NCBI GenBank assembly: GCA_032654565.1
Contig: JAULAX010000017.1
Coordinates: 352,001 to 416,000 of the forward strand
DNA length: 64,000 nucleotides
Direction of reading: 5' to 3'
Origin: Anaeromyxobacteraceae bacterium
GTDB lineage: Bacteria > Myxococcota > Myxococcia > Myxococcales > Anaeromyxobacteraceae
In this document: positions 54,947-64,000 of the stretch, piece after piece
Numbering within the stretch: the first letter of the stretch is position 1
How the letters are laid out: the number at the start of each line of letters is the position of its first letter
Translations under genes and position numbers: made by a program
The notes under the pieces: generated by a model
Database searches by the model: none
What the model was told of the DNA's origin: nothing
The model's input: the letters and a program-made list of their open reading frames with translations, nothing else

Positions 54947-55219
54947 CTAGAGCGCCTTCTTCAGCTCGGGAGAGGGCTTGAAGTTGACGGTGCGGGTCGG
55001 CGCGATCTGGATCTCCGCGCCGGTGCGCGGGTTGCGCCCCACCCGCCCGGCCCGCTTCTTGACCGCGAAGGTGCCGAACCCGGGCATGACGAACCGCTTG
55101 TCCTTGCGGATCCCCTTGGCCAGCTGCTCGAAGACCGCGTCCACCAGCAGGGCGACGTGGCGCTTGGAGAGATCCGGATGGGCGCCCTGCACCTTCTCGA
55201 TGAGGCCGGCCTTGGTCAT
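54947..55219 (-). CDS. HU/IHF-family DNA-binding protein
   Basis: MTKA.LI, GFGTF, GRNPRTG and FKPS motifs. Confidence 0.93.
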   Translation of the reverse strand: MTKAGLIEKVQGAHPDLSKRHVALLVDAVFEQLAKGIRKDKRFVMPGFGTFAVKKRAGRVGRNPRTGAEIQIAPTRTVNFKPSPELKKAL

Positions 55220-55248
55220 GTCGTCGACTTCCTTGCTGTGGGGGCCAG

Positions 55249-55277
55249 ACGCTAGCGATCCGCCCCGGAGCCGTCAA
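55249..55277 (-). promoter_or_regulatory. Sigma70 promoter of the HU gene
   Basis: TTGACG-17 bp-TAGCGT. Confidence 0.7.
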
Positions 55278-55312
55278 GCCACGATGCGGCACCGGTCTTT
55301 CAACTCTGTGTC

Positions 55313-56134
55313 CTAGGTGGCGATTCCCAGCAGCGCCCGGGCCTCGGCCGGGGTGGCCGGCCGCCGCCCGGCCCGCTCCGCCAGCCCCAGGGCTGCCGCC
55401 ACCAGCTGCTCGTTGCCCGAGGCCAGCACCCCCTTGGCGATGAAGAGGTTGTCCTCCAGGCCGACCCGGACGTGCCCCCCGAGCCGGAGCGCCACCTCGG
55501 CCAGCGGCAGCTCGAAGCGGCCGATGCCGGCCACCGACCAGTGGACCGCCTCCGGCAGCCCCTCCACCAGGAAGCGCAGGTTCCGCTCGCTCCCGGTCAT
55601 GCCGCCGGGGACGCCGAGCACGAACTGCACGTGGTAGGGCTGGGCCAGGTGCCCCTCCTTGAGGAGCCAGGCCAGGGTGTCGAGCATGCCGGCGTCGTAG
55701 ACCTCGCACTCCGGCACCAGCCGGCGCTCCCGCAGCCGGAGGGCCACGGTGACGATGTCCGGGCGGGTGTTGGTGAAGACCTGGTCGCCGAAGTTCATGG
55801 TCCCCATGTTGAGCGTGCCCATCTCGGCGCCCGGCACCAGCGAGCCGAGCCGCTCCTCGATCGACATCCCCACCGCGCCGCCGGTGGAGCACTGGATGAT
55901 CACGTCGCTCCCGGCGCTGCGGATGCGGTCGACGATCTCCCTGAAGTGGCCGGGGTCCTGCGAGGCCCGGCCGTCCGGCCAGCGGGCGTGCAGGTGGACC
56001 ACCGCCGCCCCGGCCCGCGCCGCCGCCACCGAGGCGGCGGCGATCTCCGCCGGCGAGTACGGGACGGCCGGGTTCTGCTCGCGCCGCACCTCGGCCCCCA
56101 CCACCGCCGCGGCGATGATCACCGGCTCACCCAT
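55313..56134 (-). CDS. kce: 3-keto-5-aminohexanoate cleavage enzyme
   Basis: VHLHAR, STGG and [11 protein letters not shown] motifs; lysine-pathway context. Confidence 0.9.
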   Translation of the reverse strand: MGEPVIIAAAVVGAEVRREQNPAVPYSPAEIAAASVAAARAGAAVVHLHARWPDGRASQDPGHFREIVDRIRSAGSDVIIQCSTGGAVGMSIEERLGSLVPGAEMGTLNMGTMNFGDQVFTNTRPDIVTVALRLRERRLVPECEVYDAGMLDTLAWLLKEGHLAQPYHVQFVLGVPGGMTGSERNLRFLVEGLPEAVHWSVAGIGRFELPLAEVALRLGGHVRVGLEDNLFIAKGVLASGNEQLVAAALGLAERAGRRPATPAEARALLGIAT

Positions 56135-56534
56135 GGTCGACCCCTCCCGGCGTGCCCGGCCGCTGCTTCTCCCTCGGCACCACGCAGGTGCCGCTGGCCC
56201 GGCAGACCAGCACCGGGGCCGCCAGCACCTCGGCGGCGCTGTCGTTGAGGTCGGGGCGCGGCGAGATCACCTTCCAGGCCTCGAACCGCATGGCCCGCGA
56301 GGTGGCGCCGGCCCGGACGATCTCCCCCGAGGCCTCCAGGTAGTCGCCGGCGTGGACCGGGGCCAGGAACTCCACGGCGTCGTAGGCCCGGAACAGCCCC
56401 TCGTCGCCGTCGTGGCGGATGAGCAGCTCGGTGGCCACGTCGCCGAAGAGGGCCAGCAGCCTGGCCCCGTCCACCAGGGCGCCGCCGTAGTGGGCGTCGG
56501 CCTGGGACATCCGCAACCGGATCGTCACCTTCAT
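56127..56534 (-). CDS. kal: 3-aminobutyryl-CoA ammonia-lyase (hotdog fold)
   Basis: [25 protein letters not shown] and [10 protein letters not shown] motifs. Confidence 0.88.
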   Translation of the reverse strand: MKVTIRLRMSQADAHYGGALVDGARLLALFGDVATELLIRHDGDEGLFRAYDAVEFLAPVHAGDYLEASGEIVRAGATSRAMRFEAWKVISPRPDLNDSAAEVLAAPVLVCRASGTCVVPREKQRPGTPGGVDHG

Positions 56535-57301
56535 CCGTGCAGCTCCTTTCCCATCCGCCGCAGCACCTCGCCCACCAGGTAGTTGGCCACGTCGGACGGC
56601 TTGGTGCCGGGCCCGAAGCCGGCGTCGTAGCCGAGCTCCAGCGCCAGCTTGTGGTCGATGCGCGGGCCGCCCAGCAGCAGGATCACCTGCTGGCGCCGCC
56701 CCAGCCGCGTCAGCTCGTCGACCAGGCGGCGGGCGTTGTCGCGGTGGACGTCGCGCTGGGTGACCACCTGCGAGACCAGCACGGCGTCGGCGTTTCGCTC
56801 CACCGCCTCCCGGGCCAGGGTGAGGTTCTCCACCTGGGCGCCCAGGTTGACGGCCTCGAAGCAGGGGTAGCGCTCCAGGCCGTAGTCCCCGGCGAACCCC
56901 TTCATGTTCATGATGGCGTCGATGCCGACGGCGTGGGCGTCGGAGCCGGTGCAGGCCCCCAGCACCACCACCCGGCGGCCGACCTCGCGCAGGGCGAACT
57001 CGTTGAGCTCGTCGAACCCCTTCTTGCGGGTCACCACCTCGGCCACCTGCAGGGTGGAGAGGTCGACGGCCACGTCGGTCCGGCCGTAGACCACGAAGAA
57101 GGTGTAGCGCTCGGCGGCCGCCTCCATCGAGGCCACCAGCACCTGGGTCAGCCCCAGCTTCCGGGCCACCTCGGCGGCCGCCTCGCGGGCCCGCTCCCCG
57201 GGCGGCATGGGCAGCACGAAGGAGAGCTGCAGCACGCCGTCGTCCTGCCGGTCGCCGTAGGGGCGGACCAGCGTCCCGGGGATGGGCGGGGTGGCGGTCA
57301 C
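56531..57301 (-). CDS. kamE: Lysine 5,6-aminomutase beta subunit (B12-binding)
   Basis: PYGD...DG; DAHAVG (DxHxxG) B12 motif; NMKG PLP lysine. Confidence 0.92.
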   Translation of the reverse strand: MTATPPIPGTLVRPYGDRQDDGVLQLSFVLPMPPGERAREAAAEVARKLGLTQVLVASMEAAAERYTFFVVYGRTDVAVDLSTLQVAEVVTRKKGFDELNEFALREVGRRVVVLGACTGSDAHAVGIDAIMNMKGFAGDYGLERYPCFEAVNLGAQVENLTLAREAVERNADAVLVSQVVTQRDVHRDNARRLVDELTRLGRRQQVILLLGGPRIDHKLALELGYDAGFGPGTKPSDVANYLVGEVLRRMGKELHG

Positions 57302-57825
57302 GTGCCGCCTCCCAGGCGCGCCGACTGCACCACGGCCCGCAGGTCCTCGAGGTGGCGCTGGCTCACCGGCGAGCGGCCGGTGAAGGTGAGCCAGTGCTGC
57401 ACCGCGCCCTGGCAGGTCACCCAGGCCCAGCCGTGGGTGCTCCCCTGGTCGGCCTCCTGGGCGATGGCCTTCTGGCCCCCCAGCGTGCTGGGGTGGCGCT
57501 GCACCCGCTCCAGCCCGGCGTCGCGGGCCTTGAGGGCCGCCTCCCCTTCGGCGAGGCAGGCGGCGGCGTCGGCGCCGTGGCTCCCCGAGTCCCAGGCCTC
57601 GAGCCGGGCCATCCCCTCGGGCGGCACCAGGGCCACACGGCGGGCGTCGCCGCCGGCGTCCCAGCTGGCCGGCGCCTCGAAGGCGAGGGCGCCGACCTGG
57701 TAGACCAGCCAGCCGGCCCGGCCGGCCGGCCGGGTCACCGGCGTGCCGCGCAGCCCGCTCGGGCCGGCGCAGGAGGCCAGCAGCAGCGCGGCCAGCAGGC
57801 CGAGGTGGCGCGCCGTCCTGGTCAC
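57298..57825 (-). CDS. Hypothetical lipoprotein
   Basis: LLLASC lipobox; GTGA overlaps with kamD and kamE. Confidence 0.75.
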   Translation of the reverse strand: MTRTARHLGLLAALLLASCAGPSGLRGTPVTRPAGRAGWLVYQVGALAFEAPASWDAGGDARRVALVPPEGMARLEAWDSGSHGADAAACLAEGEAALKARDAGLERVQRHPSTLGGQKAIAQEADQGSTHGWAWVTCQGAVQHWLTFTGRSPVSQRHLEDLRAVVQSARLGGGT

Positions 57826-59393
57826 GCGCCCTCCAGCTCGTCGAGGAGCGGGTTGAAGTAGCCGGGGGCGCGGGCCACCACCCCGTCCAGCCCCTTGCCG
57901 CCGGTCTCGCGCCGCGCCACGTCGCCGAAGCGGGCCTTGCCGATGGCGGCGTAGAGGCCGTCCGCCGCCACCTCCTCGAGCAGCTGGCGGGCGGCGTGGA
58001 GCGTGGCCGCGGCCCGGGTCTCCACCATGCCACCCGGCTTGAGGCGGAGCTCGTCCCCCATCGACCGCCAGGCCCGGTAGACGTAGTCGGCCCCCTTGAG
58101 CGCCTGGTAGCGGTCGGCCAGCGAGGGGTTGTGCATGGCCTCGGTCATCATCCCCAGCAGCTGGATCCCCTGCCCGGTCACCCAGCCCACCACGTCGGCC
58201 ATCAGGTCGTAGCCGTGGCTGAAGAAGATGTCGCCCTGCTTGTGCTTGGTGGGGGGCATGTACTTGAGGGGGGCGTCGGGGAAGAGGGTCCGCACCAGCA
58301 GCGCCTGGGCCAGCTCGCGGGCGAAGGTGTCGTCCCGGGCCGGGTCGATCTCGAAGCTGTGGCCGAGGCCGAGGAGGCGGTCGGGGAGCCCGGCCCGGTG
58401 GGCGAAGGACTCGTTGATGAACTGGGAGGCGACCACGGTGTGGGCCCCCTCGTCGGCGTCGGCGGTGGTGATGTAGTTGTCCTCGCCGGTGTTGATGGTG
58501 ATGTCGGCGAGCGCGCAGATGCGCCGCGAGAAGTGCTGGTCGCAGAGGGTCCGCTTCATGTTGATGTCGCGGAAGAGGATGCCGTACATGGCGTCGTTGA
58601 GCAGCATGTCGAGCCGCTCCCACGCCGCCGCGAAGGCGATCTCCGGCATGCAGAGGCCGGAGGAGTAGTTGGTGAGGTGCAGGTAGCGCTTGAGCCGCCG
58701 CGACTCGTCGTCGAGCGCCTCGCGCATGATGCGGAAGTTCTCCTGGGTGGCGTAGGTGCCGCCGAACCCCTCGGTGGTGGCGCCGTGGGGGACGTAGTCG
58801 AGCAGCGACTGGGCGGTGGAGCGGATCACCGCGATGATGTCGGCGCCCCCCTGGGCCGCCGCCCGCGCCTGCTCCACGTCGTCCCAGATGTTGCCGGTGG
58901 CCACGATCAGGTACTTGTGCGGCCGCGGCCCGGTCCCCAGCTCGGCCTTGAGGGCGTTGCGCGCCGCCACCCGCCCGCGCAGCTCGGCCACCGCGCCCCG
59001 CGACTCGCGGGTCAGCTCCTCGCGCAGGGCCCGCTCCTCCTCGGCCGGCAGCGGCGCCGGCCGCTCCGGCAGGGTGGCGATGGCCTCGACGATGGCGGCC
59101 GGGTGGCGCGCCCCCTGGCGCATCACGTAGCCGAGCCAGTAGGCGGCCCCCTGCCCCAGCAGGCCGCGCCGGTGCAGCTCGTCCACCGCCAGGTTCACCT
59201 GGGGGACGCCGCGCGGCCCGGCCCCGTGCAGCCCGAAGAGGCGCAGCACCGTCCGCTCGATGGCCACCGTGGTGTGGCCGGCGACGAAGCCGAGCACCGG
59301 CGCCGTCACCCGGTCGGCCAGCTCCCGGCAGCGCGCCACCTCGTCCCGGTCGAGGTGGAGGTCCGGGACGTGGCGGCCGTCGGCGAGTTGCAT
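57822..59393 (-). CDS. kamD: Lysine 5,6-aminomutase alpha subunit
   Basis: IVATGNI, AVIRSTAQSLLDY, GGTYATQENF, SGLCMPEI and KYMPPTK motifs. Confidence 0.93.
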   Translation of the reverse strand: MQLADGRHVPDLHLDRDEVARCRELADRVTAPVLGFVAGHTTVAIERTVLRLFGLHGAGPRGVPQVNLAVDELHRRGLLGQGAAYWLGYVMRQGARHPAAIVEAIATLPERPAPLPAEEERALREELTRESRGAVAELRGRVAARNALKAELGTGPRPHKYLIVATGNIWDDVEQARAAAQGGADIIAVIRSTAQSLLDYVPHGATTEGFGGTYATQENFRIMREALDDESRRLKRYLHLTNYSSGLCMPEIAFAAAWERLDMLLNDAMYGILFRDINMKRTLCDQHFSRRICALADITINTGEDNYITTADADEGAHTVVASQFINESFAHRAGLPDRLLGLGHSFEIDPARDDTFARELAQALLVRTLFPDAPLKYMPPTKHKQGDIFFSHGYDLMADVVGWVTGQGIQLLGMMTEAMHNPSLADRYQALKGADYVYRAWRSMGDELRLKPGGMVETRAAATLHAARQLLEEVAADGLYAAIGKARFGDVARRETGGKGLDGVVARAPGYFNPLLDELEGA

Positions 59394-59490
59394 GCGGCGA
59401 GGTGTAGGCCGGTGGCGCGCGGCCGGCAAGCGATAAACCTTCGACGCGCCGGTCCGGGCGGCGCCGCGGAACGGCGCCAGGTGGCGCCAG

Positions 59491-60804
59491 TCAGGGGGGA
59501 CGCGCCGCCCACCAGCCCCGGGCGGCGCCGGCCAGCCCCTCGGCGCTGTTGAGCCCGGGCTCGTCGAGGGCCAGGTCGAGCAGGTGGCGCAGCCCCTCGC
59601 CGACGTGCGGCCCGGGCGGACAGCCGAGCAGCGCCATCAGCCCCCGGCCGTCGAGGGCCAGCGCCCCGGTCTCCAGCGGAGCCCCCGACGCCAGCGCCGC
59701 CCGGCCCCGCGCCGCCAGCCGCCGCGCCGCCGCCGCCGCGGTGGCCCGCCGCCCCTTCGGCAGCGCCGCCACCTCGGCGCCGCGCAGCGCCAGCAGCGGC
59801 TCGAGCCGCTTCGGCCCCACCCCGGCCAGCCAGCGCCTCACCGCCGGCGGCGAGACCGGGTCCTCCGGCCGGCCGTCGCCGAGGCAGGCGTGGCGCGCCG
59901 CCAGCGCCGCCACCTCGGCCGCCACCCGCCCCGGGAAGCGGAGCGCCGCCAGCAGCCCCTCGATCTCGGAGACCGGGGCGGCGTGGAAGATGGCGGTGAG
60001 CCGCAGGGTGAGGTCGGGCGGCTCGCCCCCCAGGGCCCCGGCCACCGCGCCCAGGTGGCGACGCCGGGCCGGCCCCAGCGCGGCCAGCGGCGGGGCCAGC
60101 ACCTCCAGCAGGCCGGTGGCGGAGAGCAGCTCCAGGGCCCGGGCCACGTGGGGCGAGCAGGCCAGCCGGCCCAGCTCCTCGGCCATCCGCTCCCGCGACA
60201 CCAGCCGGACCACCGGCAGGGCGCCGGGGATGGCGGCGCGGGTGGGGGCGTCGAGCCGGAAGCCGAGCTGCCCGGCGAAGCGGACCGCCCGCAGCGGCCG
60301 CAGCCCGTCCTCGGCGAAGCGGGCCCGCGGGTCGCCCACCGCCCGGATGACGCCGGCGGCCAGGTCCCTCTGGCCGCCGAAGGGGTCGGCCAGCTCCAGC
60401 GCCAGCGGATCGAAGGCCATGGCGTTGATGGTGAAGTCGCGCCGGGCCAGGTCCTCGTCCAGGTCGGTGTGGAAGGTGACCGACTCCGGGCGCCGGCCGT
60501 CGGTGTAGGCCCCCTCGCCGCGGAAGGTGGTCACCTCCACCTTGAGCTTGTCGGGCGTGAGGATGGTGACGGTGCCGTGATCGATGCCGGTGGGGATGAC
60601 CCGGGGGAAGAGCGCCGTCACCTGCTGCGGCGTGGCCGGCGTGGCCAGGTCGAAGTCGAGCGGGGAGCGGGGGCGGCGCAGCAGCAGGTCGCGGACCGCG
60701 CCCCCCACCACCCAGGAGCGGTGCCCCTCGGCGGCCAGCCGGGTGAGGACGCCACGCACCGAGGGGGGAAAGACGGCGCGGCGCAGCGACGGGGGGAGCG
60801 GCAT
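59491..60804 (-). CDS. cca: tRNA nucleotidyltransferase (CCA-adding, class II)
   Basis: VGGAVRD, DFD, RRDFTINA and EDGLR motifs; flexible loop intact. Confidence 0.88.
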   Translation of the reverse strand: MPLPPSLRRAVFPPSVRGVLTRLAAEGHRSWVVGGAVRDLLLRRPRSPLDFDLATPATPQQVTALFPRVIPTGIDHGTVTILTPDKLKVEVTTFRGEGAYTDGRRPESVTFHTDLDEDLARRDFTINAMAFDPLALELADPFGGQRDLAAGVIRAVGDPRARFAEDGLRPLRAVRFAGQLGFRLDAPTRAAIPGALPVVRLVSRERMAEELGRLACSPHVARALELLSATGLLEVLAPPLAALGPARRRHLGAVAGALGGEPPDLTLRLTAIFHAAPVSEIEGLLAALRFPGRVAAEVAALAARHACLGDGRPEDPVSPPAVRRWLAGVGPKRLEPLLALRGAEVAALPKGRRATAAAAARRLAARGRAALASGAPLETGALALDGRGLMALLGCPPGPHVGEGLRHLLDLALDEPGLNSAEGLAGAARGWWAARPP

Positions 60805-60933
60805 CCGGGCAGCCTACCGCGTCGCCCGCCCTGGCCGACAGCCGACCGGGCGGGCCACGGCCGCCTCTCGGGGTCGGTTCAACACGCACCCTCGGTTTCT
60901 CCCGCCTCCGGCCCAATCGGGTACCATGTCCCC

Positions 60934-61502
60934 ATGTCCGTGGACACCCTGGTCGCCTCCCTGATCGCCGCGCGCGACTACAGGCACGCCGCGGACGCGG
61001 TGATGCGGGAGTACGGCCCGGGCATCCGCGGCCTGCTGCTGACCATCTTCCGCCGCAACCCCGACGCCGGCGAGGAGGCCTTCTCGCTCTTCGCCGAGAG
61101 CCTGTGGCGCTCCATCGCCGGCTTCCGGGGCGAGTCCTCGGTCCGGACCTGGGTGTACATCCTGGCCCGCAACGCCGCGGTCTCGGTGACCCGCGAGGGC
61201 TGGCACAAGCTGGGGCGCCGGCTCAACACCGGCGAGGCCGAGCGGCTGGCCGAGGAGGTGCGGACCCGCTCCGGGGTCCGGCTGGAGCGGCAGTCGACGG
61301 CGCTGACGGCGCTGCGCGACGCCCTCGACCTGGACGAGCAGACGTTGCTGACGCTGCGGCTCGACGAGCGGCTGCCGTGGGACGAGATCGCCCAGATCAT
61401 GTCCTCGAGCGGCGAGCCCATCGACTCGGCGGCGGTCCGGCAGCGCTTCGCCCGGCTCAAGACCAAGCTGGGCGAGCTGGCCCGCGGCCAGGGGCTGATC
61501 CA

Positions 61503-61506
<4 letters not shown>
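60934..61506 (+). CDS. ECF-type RNA polymerase sigma factor
   Basis: Region 2 (FRGESSVRTWVYILARN) and region 4 HTH (LPWDEIAQIM...VRQRFAR). Confidence 0.85.

Positions 61507-64000
<2,494 letters not shown>

Noticed and set aside
59491..60804. Possible split CC-adding enzyme
   Set aside because: The flexible loop (EGAYTDGRRP) and the EDxxR motif are intact, consistent with an ordinary CCA-adding enzyme.

Overview
Very GC-rich bacterial chromosome segment whose gene content and order look like Myxococcota, probably Anaeromyxobacter-like (inference). It is mostly housekeeping genes: ppx/ppk1, degP, pheA, a lid-less Hsp70, a UvrD-type helicase, hisS-miaA-accA-hisC-cmk-ispH-rpsA-sppA, tilS-ftsH-folP-glmM-pdxJ-acpS-nnr-tsaE, amtB, HU, the lysine-fermentation genes kamD/kamE/kal/kce, cca, and an ECF sigma factor coupled to a Ser/Thr kinase that runs off the window end. 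Two tRNAs carry small integrase-free accessory islets. After tRNA-Thr is an antitoxin/zeta-like ATPase pair enclosed by a perfect 24-bp inverted repeat. After tRNA-Val is an apparent tandem cassette array marked by a 36-bp duplicate of the tRNA 3' end and a repeated 15-bp arm. The best non-coding candidate is a ~75-nt sRNA between tilS and a TIGR04563-type gene, with a sigma70 promoter, a C-rich anti-Shine-Dalgarno-like loop and an intrinsic terminator. Two matching sigma54/NtrC-type promoters link amtB to an uncharacterised outer-membrane protein. All family assignments come from motif recognition by eye, not from database searches.
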